A stretch of DNA of 64,000 nt from a virus (Duplodnaviria; Caudoviricetes): the IMG/VR virus record IMGVR_UViG_3300025389_000010, positions 64,001 to 128,000 of that record; one strand, 5' to 3'. This document shows, piece after piece, positions 36,986-47,167 of the stretch. The stretch's first letter is position 1. Each line of letters starts with the position of its first letter. The notes under the pieces are model-generated. The model worked only from the letters and a program-made list of their open reading frames with translations. It made no database searches and was not told where the DNA came from. The position numbers and the translations under genes are program-made.

Positions 36986-39559
36986 ATGGCATACCGTAAT
37001 ATCTATTATGATATCAAAAAGTCTGAAGTTCATCTTTGGACTTGGGATAAAGATGGCAATAGGGTTAAAGCGATAACCACATATGAGCCTTTTCTGTATA
37101 TCGAGGATAAGGATGCCGCTGATGCAAAGTCTATTTTTGGATCTAATCTAAAAAAAATTAAATTTAAAGGAGAATTTGAAAGATTAAAATATATAAAACA
37201 ATCCCCAATTAAAAGATTGTTCTATAATCTTAAAGTTGATCAACAATTTTTACTTTCTACGTTTAAAGATGAGATTGATAAACCGGGATTTGGTAATCAA
37301 CCATTAAAGATTTTTTATATCGATATTGAAACATATGCAACGGATCACTTTTCAACACCTACCGATGCCAGCGATCCAATAAATCTCATAACTGTTTATG
37401 ATTCTTTGAGTGAAAAGTTTCACACTTGGGGTTGCAAGAATTATTCAACACTTGAAGAAGATGTTGTTTACCATAAATGTACAGATGAAAAGGATTTATT
37501 AAGAAGTTTTGTTAAGTTTTGGAGAAAAGATCCTCCAGATATTGTTACGGGATGGAATATTCATGGTTATGATATTCCATACATCATGAATAGGCTTACC
37601 AAAATATTCGATGATGAATATAATAAGAAATTATCACCGGTTAATCAGATTTTTCTTCGTGAAAACGCATCTATTAATAAATTAGGTCGTGCAATTGATC
37701 GCTGGTATCTTTCCGGTGTTAGTATTCTTGATTACATGGAGCTTTATGAGGCTCTTTGTGGTGGAAAAAGAGAATCTTGGTCTTTGAATTATATATCTGA
37801 ATATGAATTGGGAGAATCCAAGATTGCAATCGGTAGTACATCATTATCAAGTCTTGCTGATACCGATTGGATGAAGTTTGTTGATTATAATATTCAGGAC
37901 GTTAGACTTATTATAAATCTTGAAAAGAAGTTAAAGTATATAAATCTTGTTCGTAACCTATCATATCGTGGTTTTATACCTTTTGAGAAGTCTATGGGCA
38001 AGGTAGCGATGATTACGGGTGCTGTAGCACACCAAGCACTCAAAATGGGAACAATCATTCCTACTTTTAATATAAAACACGTTAAAACTGAATTTGCAGG
38101 TGGGTTTGTTAAGGAACCAGAGAAAGGTTTATATGAAGATGTTGTTACCTATGATGCAAACAGTCTTTATCCAAACACGATTATTACATTAAACATTTCA
38201 ACTGAGACTAAAATTGGCAAAATAACCGATAGAACTGATAAAGAAACTACCATTTTGACAGTTCAAGGCAATACTGTCACGAAAAGCAATGAAGATTTTG
38301 AAAAGATTGTCCAATCACAGCAATTGGCAATCACAAAATCAAATGTTTTATATACACAGAAGTTTAAAGGCGTTATTCCTACGCTAATTGATAAACTTTA
38401 TAAAGAAAGAGTCTTGGCTAAAAACAAAATGTTGGAAGCCAAGAAGAAATTAAAGAACGCAAAGACACAAGAAGAGAAAAATAAATTGGAAGAAGAGGCA
38501 AACGATAATGATACATTATCAAATGTGTATAAAGTCTTTCTTAATTCGATTTATGGTGCATTTTCAAACATTTACTTTCCATTATTCGATATCGACCATG
38601 CTGAAAGCGTAACATTAACAGGACAAGCTGCCGTTAAACAAGGTCCAGACATTGTTTATGAGTATGCAAAAAGCCAAGGTTTCACCGGAAGCAAGAAAGA
38701 TATATTAATTTATCAAGATACTGATAGTGAATTCTTTTCCTTTAAAGATATTTTGAAAATTAAAGGAATAAGTCTTTTAAAAGATGGTGAAATAACAAAA
38801 GAAGCATATGATGCGATTGCTGAATATGGTGATGTATTAAATAACGGTATTAACGAATGGGCTAAAAAGGAATTCAGATCTATAGATCCTCGTTATGTTT
38901 TCAAACGTGAAAAAATTTGTGATGTTGCCTTGCTACAAGCCAAGAAGTTTTACATTTTACATATTTTAGATAAGGAAGGTGTAAAAACTAATGAGTTTGA
39001 ATATAAGGGAATGGAAGTTGCAAAGGCAACATTATCAAAAGAAGTTAAAGAATTATTAAAAGATGTTCTAGAATCTGCATTGATATCGAAAGATCGTAGA
39101 ATCGCAACCAATATCTTTCAAAAAGGCTATGATAAATTCTGTGATATGTCACCAGAAGTTATTGCAATTAGAAAAAAAGTCAATAATTACGAAAAATGGG
39201 ACAGTTTATACGATGATGATGACAAAGAATTTGGTTCCGGTACACCGGGACATGTAAGAAGTGCAATGAATTTTAACAATGCACTTAAAAAGCTTAATGT
39301 TGATGATAAATATCCAGAAATTAGCAGTGGAACCAAGATTAAATTCTTTTATTGTAAGAAAAATATCTATGATTACGAAACAATAGGATTCATAGATTAT
39401 TATCCAAAGGAATTATTGGATGTTATTAAACCAGATTACAAATTTATGTTTAACAAAACAGTAGTTCCTGTATTGGAAAGAATATTTAAGATCATTGGAT
39501 GGCCTGTGCCTACAGTTGGTTGCGAAGAAGTCACCGATTTAATACAATTATTTTCATGA
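36986..39559 (+). CDS. gp43: Family B DNA polymerase
   Basis: Exo IDIET, GWNIHGYD, YNIQD; pol DANSLYPN, KVFLNSIYG, YQDTDS. Confidence 0.97.
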   Translation: MAYRNIYYDIKKSEVHLWTWDKDGNRVKAITTYEPFLYIEDKDAADAKSIFGSNLKKIKFKGEFERLKYIKQSPIKRLFYNLKVDQQFLLSTFKDEIDKPGFGNQPLKIFYIDIETYATDHFSTPTDASDPINLITVYDSLSEKFHTWGCKNYSTLEEDVVYHKCTDEKDLLRSFVKFWRKDPPDIVTGWNIHGYDIPYIMNRLTKIFDDEYNKKLSPVNQIFLRENASINKLGRAIDRWYLSGVSILDYMELYEALCGGKRESWSLNYISEYELGESKIAIGSTSLSSLADTDWMKFVDYNIQDVRLIINLEKKLKYINLVRNLSYRGFIPFEKSMGKVAMITGAVAHQALKMGTIIPTFNIKHVKTEFAGGFVKEPEKGLYEDVVTYDANSLYPNTIITLNISTETKIGKITDRTDKETTILTVQGNTVTKSNEDFEKIVQSQQLAITKSNVLYTQKFKGVIPTLIDKLYKERVLAKNKMLEAKKKLKNAKTQEEKNKLEEEANDNDTLSNVYKVFLNSIYGAFSNIYFPLFDIDHAESVTLTGQAAVKQGPDIVYEYAKSQGFTGSKKDILIYQDTDSEFFSFKDILKIKGISLLKDGEITKEAYDAIAEYGDVLNNGINEWAKKEFRSIDPRYVFKREKICDVALLQAKKFYILHILDKEGVKTNEFEYKGMEVAKATLSKEVKELLKDVLESALISKDRRIATNIFQKGYDKFCDMSPEVIAIRKKVNNYEKWDSLYDDDDKEFGSGTPGHVRSAMNFNNALKKLNVDDKYPEISSGTKIKFFYCKKNIYDYETIGFIDYYPKELLDVIKPDYKFMFNKTVVPVLERIFKIIGWPVPTVGCEEVTDLIQLFS

Positions 39560-40212
39560 AAACTAAATTAATATCAATAACGAAACCTGAAATTGAAGGA
39601 ATTAATACAGCAGAAGAATTAATATCTTATTGTGCAAGGGTTTCTAATCCATCAAATCAGCTTAATGTAGAAACTGCACCAAAACTTCTTGCATATTTGA
39701 TAAAACACAAACACTGGAGTCCATTTGAGATGGCTAGTATGACATTTGAAATTAAAACATCTCGTGCAATTGCTGCTCAAATTCTACGGCATCGTAGTTT
39801 TTCATTTCAAGAGTTCAGCCAAAGGTATGCATCTGTTGTTGGTATGGAAAAAATTGAATGGAGGATGCAGGGTAAAACTAATAGACAGGTTGGTGATGAT
39901 GTTATTAAATTACCTGTTGAATTAGAAGATAATCTTCAATGGGTTCAAGATAAATGTGAAGATTTATATCACGATTTAGTGAAAATGGGTATTGCTAAAG
40001 AATGTGCGAGAATGGTTCTTCCTCTTAACACATCGACAACGATTTACATGAATGGGACAATCCGTTCTTGGATACATTATCTTGATATAAGATGTAAGGA
40101 CGATACTCAAAAGGAACATAGGGAAATAGCTGATGAAATTAAAAGCAGTTTCCAGTTTCATTTTCCTAGTATTTCCGAAGCGTTAGGGTGGAACGGGTCA
40201 AATATTCCTTAA
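39556..40212 (+). CDS. thyX: Flavin-dependent thymidylate synthase
   Basis: RHRSFSFQEFSQRY, AKECARMVLP; start at ATG 39556, overlapping the pol stop. Confidence 0.96.
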   Translation: MKTKLISITKPEIEGINTAEELISYCARVSNPSNQLNVETAPKLLAYLIKHKHWSPFEMASMTFEIKTSRAIAAQILRHRSFSFQEFSQRYASVVGMEKIEWRMQGKTNRQVGDDVIKLPVELEDNLQWVQDKCEDLYHDLVKMGIAKECARMVLPLNTSTTIYMNGTIRSWIHYLDIRCKDDTQKEHREIADEIKSSFQFHFPSISEALGWNGSNIP

Positions 40213-40489
40213 AACTTTCGTTTTTTATACCTGTTCTTAATTCATTAAATTTATTTTCAATAGCTTTGTTGATTTTATCTTGTAACATTGAACGAATACG
40301 ATCATTGGTATAATACTCTTCATCTTCAAAATGATCTGCATCAATACAAATACCATGTGGTCCCATTGAATATGGTGCATTATAATTTATACACCATTGA
40401 TGTAAATTTTTTGAATATTTAAAATCACTTCTTGATATATCTTGAAGTGGTTTATCAACTTCATCAAAAATAGGATCTCTTTTATTCAT
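40166..40489 (-). CDS. Hypothetical protein
   Basis: ATG 40489 lies 8 nt after TAAATA (40498-40503). Confidence 0.45.
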   Translation of the reverse strand: MNKRDPIFDEVDKPLQDISRSDFKYSKNLHQWCINYNAPYSMGPHGICIDADHFEDEEYYTNDRIRSMLQDKINKAIENKFNELRTGIKNESFKEYLTRSTLTLRKY

Positions 40490-40544
40490 TATTTCAATAT
40501 TTATCCACTTGAAAATACATAAAAGTGTGTTAAATTTATAAAGT

Positions 40545-40934
40545 ATGACAACAAACAATACAAACCCCAATCTAACAGTAATCCTTGATCCAGTTGGACG
40601 CACCCTCCTTGGTGAGGTTGTCCCTTCTGCGGAGGGTACATATGCAATTAAGAACCCAGTTGTTCTTCACATTGTACCTGCCGACAATCAAGGCAAGATG
40701 AGCGTACAGCTTCTCCCATTGTTCTTCAAGGAGTTCCTTGCAGACAAGACGGCTGATGTTGTATTCACCTACGATCCATCTAGAATCGCAACAACTAACA
40801 TTGATGCAATTGATTTTAGACTTCAAGGACAGTATGCACAGATGTTTAACCCTGCAAACATCGTAGTTGCACCTGATCAAGAATCTTCGACAGGAGATGA
40901 CAGCGGTAAAGTTGTAAATCTCTTTGACGAGTAA
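40545..40934 (+). CDS. Hypothetical protein
   Basis: 129 aa; TTGAAA-N16-TAAATT promoter at 40509-40536. Confidence 0.7.
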   Translation: MTTNNTNPNLTVILDPVGRTLLGEVVPSAEGTYAIKNPVVLHIVPADNQGKMSVQLLPLFFKEFLADKTADVVFTYDPSRIATTNIDAIDFRLQGQYAQMFNPANIVVAPDQESSTGDDSGKVVNLFDE

Positions 40935-40974
40935 TCAGCGTTAAAAAAAGAAAACCACAAAGACTCCAGAGGGC

Positions 40975-41002
40975 TTGACTCTCTAAAGTTTTTTGTTATT
41001 AT
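40975..41002 (+). promoter_or_regulatory. Sigma70-type promoter TTGACT-N16-(TGt)TATTAT (uvsX)
   Basis: Extended -10; 7 nt before ATG 41010. Confidence 0.7.
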
Positions 41003-41009
41003 ATACTAT

Positions 41010-42149
41010 ATGGCTAAAAAGAAAAACGATAACGAAACAGAACTTCCTCAGGGTGATATTTTAGATGCATTTAAAATACTAGATGACCTCAATCCAAAGG
41101 CAGCATTTTTAAATGATAACAGTTTATCAAACGTAAAAGATTGGATTGATACTGGTTGCTATGCTTTAAATGCAATTATTTCAGGATCTCTCTATGGTGG
41201 AATCCCGATGGGAAGACTTACTGGTTTTATTGGGCCTGAATCTTGTGGAAAAACCTTAATGGCTAATAAAATTATTGCAAATGCTCAAAAGAAAGGAATG
41301 TATGTTGCATATTTTGATACCGAAGGTGCATTAGACGAAGAAACAGCAAAAAGACTTGGTTGTGATCCTGCTAAAATCAAGCATGTCCCATCTGAAATCA
41401 CAGAAGATTGCAGAAATCAAATTGTAAAGTTTTTAAACACAGTAATTGAAAAGAAATTACAAGGTAAAGTTCTTCTTGTGATTGATTCTCTTGGTAATTT
41501 GATTACTGCTCAAGAAAAGAGAAAGATTGACGAGGGAACCGATACTCCCGATATGGGAAATAGAGCAAAAGCACTCAAATCTATGATGAGAGCTATCACA
41601 CACGCTGCTGCTACTGCAAATTGTCCGGTTGTTTTCACCAATCATATCTACGATGATCCATCTGCAATGCATCCCACTGCAATTAAGAAGCAAGCCGGTG
41701 GTTCCGGTCCTCTTTATATGGCATCTGTTATTGTTCAGATGGCAAAAAAGACAGAAAAGACAGATGATGCCAAGAATAAAGATGCAAACAATGAAGCAAC
41801 TTTCCTTGCAAAGGGAATTAATGCACTAACATTGAGAGCATTCACAACCAAGAATCGATTTGTAACACCATTCCTTGAGATTGAGATGTATCTTAATTTC
41901 AGAACAGGATTAAACAAATATTCTGGTCTTCTTGAAATGGCAGAAGGTTACGGTGTTCTTGAAAAAGCAGGTCATCGTTATGTTTTTAACGGTGAAACCC
42001 TTGGCTTTTTTAAAGATTGGAAGGATGATGATACTGTTTGGGATAAAGTTTTACCAGCATTGGAGAAAAAACTACAAACTGCATTGGCATTCAAGAATGA
42101 AAATGATGAAATTGATGAAGTAGAAGAGGAGGTGATTGAAAATGATTGA
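41010..42149 (+). CDS. uvsX: RecA-like recombinase UvsX
   Basis: DTG.YALNAIISGSLYGGIP, GPESCGKT, FDTEGA, VIDSLGNL, FTNH. Confidence 0.95.
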   Translation: MAKKKNDNETELPQGDILDAFKILDDLNPKAAFLNDNSLSNVKDWIDTGCYALNAIISGSLYGGIPMGRLTGFIGPESCGKTLMANKIIANAQKKGMYVAYFDTEGALDEETAKRLGCDPAKIKHVPSEITEDCRNQIVKFLNTVIEKKLQGKVLLVIDSLGNLITAQEKRKIDEGTDTPDMGNRAKALKSMMRAITHAAATANCPVVFTNHIYDDPSAMHPTAIKKQAGGSGPLYMASVIVQMAKKTEKTDDAKNKDANNEATFLAKGINALTLRAFTTKNRFVTPFLEIEMYLNFRTGLNKYSGLLEMAEGYGVLEKAGHRYVFNGETLGFFKDWKDDDTVWDKVLPALEKKLQTALAFKNENDEIDEVEEEVIEND

Positions 42150-42426
42150 AAGAAAAGAAATAATTAGTGGAACAGAAGAAGAGCTTCTTGAATACTTTAA
42201 GAAAAAGTATAATCTCGTTAAATATGAATATATTGGGGACTGTGAGCAAGAACAACCTGAACAAGAAACGCCAGTAGATGCACCGGTAAAAGAAGAAACA
42301 CCTGTTCAACAGCCACCGAATGATCCAACTGCAAGAAAAAGTTATCCACAGGGTTCTTTATTTGCCAATAAAGTTTCTAATGGATTTAGTGGTTTGTTCG
42401 ACGGGACAAGTTGGGGAAATAAGTAG
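42136..42426 (+). CDS. Hypothetical protein
   Basis: 96-aa ORF between uvsX and helicase. Confidence 0.5.
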   Translation: MKMIERKEIISGTEEELLEYFKKKYNLVKYEYIGDCEQEQPEQETPVDAPVKEETPVQQPPNDPTARKSYPQGSLFANKVSNGFSGLFDGTSWGNK

Positions 42427-42430
42427 CATT

Positions 42431-42465
42431 TATAGATTGCAATCTCAACAGTTGCAATCTATACT
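42431..42465 (+). promoter_or_regulatory. Promoter TTGCAA-N17-TATACT embedded in a 12-bp inverted repeat
   Basis: TATAGATTGCAA-N9-TTGCAATCTATA at 42431-42463; 9 nt before helicase ATG. Confidence 0.65.
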
Positions 42466-42474
42466 TCCCACAAT

Positions 42475-43869
42475 ATGCAAAAGGTTTTACCATTAGATCT
42501 AGATTTCTTCGAGAAGATTATAATCTACAATGCTTTAATGCATAGAGATTATCTTGAAACCATTTTAGATCATTTAAATCCTGCTTTCTTTAAAGATAAG
42601 AACATTAAAACAGTAGTTTCTGTTTTGAGAGATTTTTATTTGGAAAACAAAAGAGTTCCAAACATAACAGAACTTAAAACACACCTTATCACGACTGAAC
42701 AGAAAGATTCTTTGAAGAATCTTGTGTTGTCTTTCAATTCGATTGATAAAAATTATGATAGAGATATTCTTATTAAGAATACAGAAAGGTTTTTGAGAGA
42801 AAAATCGGTCTTGTTAACCGTACAAGAGACTAGTTTGGATGTACAAACGGGTCAAATTGATAGTAACAAGATTTTAAAAACCTTTGAAAAAGCTTGTGGT
42901 ATATCTTTGGTTGATAATATAGGGTTTGATTACCTCGAAGAGATTGATGACCATTGTGACAAGCTTAAAGAAGTGTTTAGAACCGTATCTACAGGCTGGA
43001 AATGGCTTGATAAACAAATCGGTGGTGGGTTTATGGCAGAAGGAAAAGCATTATATTGCTTTTTCGGCGTAACAAACGTCGGCAAATCTATATTTCTTGG
43101 TAATGTAGCTACAAATATTCTTAGTCAGAACAAAGTAGTCGTTCTTATTTCTTTGGAAATGCCTGAACAGGTCTATGGTAAAAGAATTTCAGCACAGCTT
43201 TCACGTATACCGTGTGATGATTTAAAGACAAACATTAATTCTTTAAAGAATATAGTTAAAAACTATAAGAATGTTAATAGAAAATCCAAACTTATCATCA
43301 AAGAGTTTCCTCCACAATCAATTACAGTCCTTCAACTCAAGAGTTATATCAATAAACTTGTTCAAAAAGGTATTAAACCGGATGCCATCATTGTTGATTA
43401 TGTGAATCTTCTTGCTCCACCAGCAAATGGTCTTAGCTCATATGAAGGAATCAAGAAAGTCACTGAAGGATTGAGAGCATTGTCTTATGATTTCGAGTGT
43501 CCTGTCATAACAGCAACACAAGCAAACAGACAAGCGTATAATAATTCTGCACCCGATGCCGGTAAAACTGGAGAATCGATGGGTCTTGCTCATACAGTTG
43601 ATGCACAGTTCTCAATTTGGAGTGAAAAGGGTGATTCTGAACTTGGTATTATTCATTTGGGTGTCGAAAAGAACAGATTCGGTCCAAGAGAAGTATATAC
43701 ACACTTGAATATTGATTATCCTACACTGTCATTGGTTGATCCGGATGAGGTTGAGCTTCAATATAGTGTAAAAACATCTGCACCAAAGCTTAATGCTGAC
43801 ATTGAAGCCACTATTGATGAGAATTCAAGTATAATGGATACACTTGATTTGATTAATTCGACAACTTAA
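42475..43869 (+). CDS. gp41: Replicative DnaB-like helicase
   Basis: GVTNVGKS, ISLEM, LIIKEFP, IVDY, TATQANR, ESMGL, KNRFG. Confidence 0.95.
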   Translation: MQKVLPLDLDFFEKIIIYNALMHRDYLETILDHLNPAFFKDKNIKTVVSVLRDFYLENKRVPNITELKTHLITTEQKDSLKNLVLSFNSIDKNYDRDILIKNTERFLREKSVLLTVQETSLDVQTGQIDSNKILKTFEKACGISLVDNIGFDYLEEIDDHCDKLKEVFRTVSTGWKWLDKQIGGGFMAEGKALYCFFGVTNVGKSIFLGNVATNILSQNKVVVLISLEMPEQVYGKRISAQLSRIPCDDLKTNINSLKNIVKNYKNVNRKSKLIIKEFPPQSITVLQLKSYINKLVQKGIKPDAIIVDYVNLLAPPANGLSSYEGIKKVTEGLRALSYDFECPVITATQANRQAYNNSAPDAGKTGESMGLAHTVDAQFSIWSEKGDSELGIIHLGVEKNRFGPREVYTHLNIDYPTLSLVDPDEVELQYSVKTSAPKLNADIEATIDENSSIMDTLDLINSTT

Positions 43870-43881
43870 TAAGTAAATGTT

Positions 43882-44775
43882 ATGCAAAATCAAGTGTATC
43901 AGATTTTTACACACAAAGATTTAGATGGTGCTGTAAGTTTATTGACTTTTTTATGGTCAAACCCTACAGCAACCGTCACATATAGGGAAATTACAAACTT
44001 AGATACTGATGTAATGAAGGAATATGTTAAAAAAACATGTAATCCTCCTAATATTTTAATTTTTGATGTTGCATTAAGACCAGAATTTTTACCAGAACTT
44101 GATTATGATTTCATAACATTTATAGATCATCATGAAAGATCAGAAAAACATGTAAAAGACTTCAAGCAAGCCAAAATTATTTACAAAAATGACACTTCAA
44201 ATTCAATTTTAGTTAGAAAATTATATAAAGATAAAGCACCGGAGTTTACAGAAGCACAAAAAAAGATGATTTTGTTTGCAAATGACTATGATTCTTCTGA
44301 TTTTAAGTTTAAAGACTCTTATGACCTGAATATTTTGTTTTGGACACAGTTTAGAAACGAATTTTGTTACTTTATTGATTATTATAAGGATGGTTTTAAA
44401 GATTTTAGCTTAAAACAAAAAGAAATAATACAACATGCTAAGAATAACGCTAAAATTGCATATACAGATACTAATTTTTATGTAGGAGAGGTTATAATAG
44501 AAGGTTCTGTTAATAAAGTAATGGCTGCTATTACTGATAATTTTAATAATATTGTCATAGACATGATAATGGACAAGCATAATCCGGATATTTTGTTTTA
44601 TATCAACACAAAAACCGAAAAAGTAAGCATGAGACAAAGAAAAAATAATAAAAATGCTATAAATTTAGCAGCTTTTGCTGAAAAATATTGTGAAGGTAAT
44701 GGTAATAACATATCTGCCGGTGGCAAAATTACACCATTATTCATGGAATTTACCAAAAAACTAAAACCTTTATGA
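43882..44775 (+). CDS. DHH/DHHA1 family phosphoesterase
   Basis: THKDLDG, IDHHE, NDYDS, VSMR, GNGNNISAGG. Confidence 0.75.
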   Translation: MQNQVYQIFTHKDLDGAVSLLTFLWSNPTATVTYREITNLDTDVMKEYVKKTCNPPNILIFDVALRPEFLPELDYDFITFIDHHERSEKHVKDFKQAKIIYKNDTSNSILVRKLYKDKAPEFTEAQKKMILFANDYDSSDFKFKDSYDLNILFWTQFRNEFCYFIDYYKDGFKDFSLKQKEIIQHAKNNAKIAYTDTNFYVGEVIIEGSVNKVMAAITDNFNNIVIDMIMDKHNPDILFYINTKTEKVSMRQRKNNKNAINLAAFAEKYCEGNGNNISAGGKITPLFMEFTKKLKPL

Positions 44776-45071
44776 TCATAACATCCTCTCAACAATTTGA
44801 AGACGCAACAAATCCATCGTCAGCATTAAACATAGAAGAATTTGAACAAATAACAATTAAATTTGGTGCATTTGTTTGTATATGCAAAGGCAAAAAAATG
44901 AATTATTTAAATTTTTTAAAATTTTTAATTGAAGATAAGCGAACTCAAAAAATATATTTTTCTTTATTGCATGAACACAATCTTCAAAGTATCATAAAAG
45001 CATATCTAGGATCTACCCCAAACGTATATAAAAAGATTTTCCGATCAAAAATGAATAAAAAGAATGAGTAA
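44772..45071 (+). CDS. Hypothetical protein
   Basis: 99-aa ORF with overlapping junctions. Confidence 0.6.
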   Translation: MIITSSQQFEDATNPSSALNIEEFEQITIKFGAFVCICKGKKMNYLNFLKFLIEDKRTQKIYFSLLHEHNLQSIIKAYLGSTPNVYKKIFRSKMNKKNE

Positions 45072-45732
45072 TGTAAGCGAATTTGAAAAAAGAATCTACA
45101 ATTGCTATTTAAAAAACTTTAGAAAAGGTGAACCTTTTCAGTATAGAAAAGATTTTTCCGATTTAAATCCAAATTTAATTTCTTATTTAAAGAAAATAAG
45201 TTATTTTCTTACAAATTATAATCATATAAATGTTGAAGAATATTTTGAGGCGTTTAATGTGCTTCATCCGGATGAAAAATATCCACCATTAAATTACTTT
45301 TTTACAAGAAGTGCATTAAAAACATACGCTGTATACAAAAAACAACAGGAAAATTCCAATCCGGAAAATCAATTTGAGTCTATAAAAAACGGAATGAGGT
45401 TTATCGGTATGTTTTGTTTGAATAATAATATAGATGTTTCCGATTATTTGACACACAAAACCGGTTATATGTATTCGTGGCTTAATCATTATAGAGAACA
45501 TAGAATAAATCCATATTGTCTTTTTGAATTGGGTAACATTTTTAATGTTTTAAGTAATATCCCAAAAGACGAATTATATCTTTTTGGTGAAGACATACAT
45601 CAAAATTTAGTTGCATTTCGTGATAGATATGATAAATCTAAGAAGACAAAAGATTTTGTGAAGGAAGCTTCATCGAAAATTAGAACTTTTGTCGAAAAAC
45701 AATTGACTACAACACAAAAACTGATAAACTGA
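45064..45732 (+). CDS. Probable helicase loader (T4 gp59-like)
   Basis: Size 222 aa, position directly before gp32, weak resemblance (IYNCYL, ALKTYAVY). Confidence 0.45.
   Translation: MSNVSEFEKRIYNCYLKNFRKGEPFQYRKDFSDLNPNLISYLKKISYFLTNYNHINVEEYFEAFNVLHPDEKYPPLNYFFTRSALKTYAVYKKQQENSNPENQFESIKNGMRFIGMFCLNNNIDVSDYLTHKTGYMYSWLNHYREHRINPYCLFELGNIFNVLSNIPKDELYLFGEDIHQNLVAFRDRYDKSKKTKDFVKEASSKIRTFVEKQLTTTQKLIN
45703..45730 (+). promoter_or_regulatory. Sigma70-type promoter TTGACT-N16-TAAACT (gp32)
   Basis: 10 nt before ATG 45741. Confidence 0.6.
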
Positions 45733-45740
45733 TTAACACT

Positions 45741-46610
45741 ATGACTACAAAATACAACGCAAGCCTCTTTGATTCACTTCAAGAGATTATTAGCAACAAG
45801 AACAACGCCGATTCTTCCTTCAAGGATTTCTTGAAGTTTGAGTCTGACAAGACATACGTTGTTCGCATCCTGCCAAATGTCGAGGATATGTCTAAGACTT
45901 GGTATAACTACAAGCAACATATTTGGGACAGCATTGTACATGGCAAGAAGATCTCTGTCATTTGTCCAAATACCTACAAGGCCAAGTGCCCAATCTGTGA
46001 GTATCGTTCCAAGATTTGGGCAACCAAGAACGATGCATTGATCAACCAGATCAAGCCTCTCAAGAAGAACGAGAAATGGCTTTATAACGTCTTTGTTGTA
46101 AAAGACCCATCCAATCCTTCAAACGAAGGCCAAGTCAAGATTCTTAATGCTGGTTCACAGCTTCAGAAGATTATCGAATCTGCTATCAGCGGTGATGATA
46201 GAGAAGAGTTTGGTGGTAAGATCTTTGACCTTTCTTCAAAGGGTTGCAATCTTCGCATTAAGGTTGAGAAGAACGAGGGTGGATATCCTTCTTATGTTGC
46301 TTCCAAGTTTGTTTCTCCTTCTGGAATTGACGGTTTGGATGATGAGGATTCTATCAATTCGGTTTATGATTCATTCAAGCCTCTTGATACAATCTTTAAG
46401 GTCAGAACATATGAGGAGATCAAGGATCTTCTGGACATTCATTTCTTGGGTAAGGATTCAAACGCATCTACGCCTAGCGTTGATGATGACGAGGAAGATT
46501 TCAAGGTTGATGATTCTCTTAATACCGAGATCGAAACTGGTCTTGGTTCTTCAACAGAAGATCTTTCTGATAATGATCAGAAGCTTAAGGATATTCTTGC
46601 TGATCTCTAA
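45741..46610 (+). CDS. gp32: Single-stranded DNA-binding protein
   Basis: VRILP, CP...CPICE, WLYNVFVVKDP.NP.NEGQVKI, IFDL..GCNLRIK, acidic tail. Confidence 0.93.
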   Translation: MTTKYNASLFDSLQEIISNKNNADSSFKDFLKFESDKTYVVRILPNVEDMSKTWYNYKQHIWDSIVHGKKISVICPNTYKAKCPICEYRSKIWATKNDALINQIKPLKKNEKWLYNVFVVKDPSNPSNEGQVKILNAGSQLQKIIESAISGDDREEFGGKIFDLSSKGCNLRIKVEKNEGGYPSYVASKFVSPSGIDGLDDEDSINSVYDSFKPLDTIFKVRTYEEIKDLLDIHFLGKDSNASTPSVDDDEEDFKVDDSLNTEIETGLGSSTEDLSDNDQKLKDILADL

Positions 46611-46615
46611 TAGAT

Positions 46616-47167
46616 ATGACAAAACAAGATGCATATGAAGCCGCTAGTTTGGCGGCTTTAATTGGATCACAATTAAAAAATCTCGACAACATGACAGTCG
46701 AGAGAACTAATAACCCTGCTAATAAGATCAACATACATGATTTTATTAGCAAGGTTAAAGATCCAAACGCTACAGTTGCACCTAAGAGTTACTTAACACA
46801 AGTTCCTGCTGGATGGGCGCAACCTATTCCTGAACATATTGTTCAGCAAATGGTACCAGACATGCCAAGAGTTGTTCAACAACCAACACCAGAAGTTGAA
46901 TCTATAAAATCAGTTGAAACAAACAATCAACTTGTTTCTAAATTTGAAGATTCTGGAAATAGAGCAACATTACCTACTGCTGTCCCTTCACCAGTTGAAC
47001 AAAAGAATACTTTAAAAACATCTACTGATAAGAATAATGATAGGTCTGTTTTGACACGGAGTGACATTGATAGTATAAGGAATTCTTTAAAAAACATTGA
47101 CAAGTCTTTGGCTGGTATGTTAGAGTGTATGAAGATTGAGTATGTAAAATTCAAGAAACATGACTGA
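46616..47167 (+). CDS. Hypothetical protein
   Basis: 183-aa ORF. Confidence 0.6.
   Translation: MTKQDAYEAASLAALIGSQLKNLDNMTVERTNNPANKINIHDFISKVKDPNATVAPKSYLTQVPAGWAQPIPEHIVQQMVPDMPRVVQQPTPEVESIKSVETNNQLVSKFEDSGNRATLPTAVPSPVEQKNTLKTSTDKNNDRSVLTRSDIDSIRNSLKNIDKSLAGMLECMKIEYVKFKKHD

Noticed and set aside
40950-40997. Rho-independent terminator before uvsX
   Set aside because: The stem is imperfect and weak, and the region is better explained as the uvsX promoter
36986-43869. Inteins or group I introns in polymerase, UvsX, helicase or terminase
   Set aside because: Lengths are ordinary, motifs are contiguous, and there are no splicing motifs
46147-46638. 163-aa alternative-frame ORF overlapping gp32, plus many 60-150 aa nested ORFs
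   Set aside because: Fully overlap well-supported genes and have no motifs
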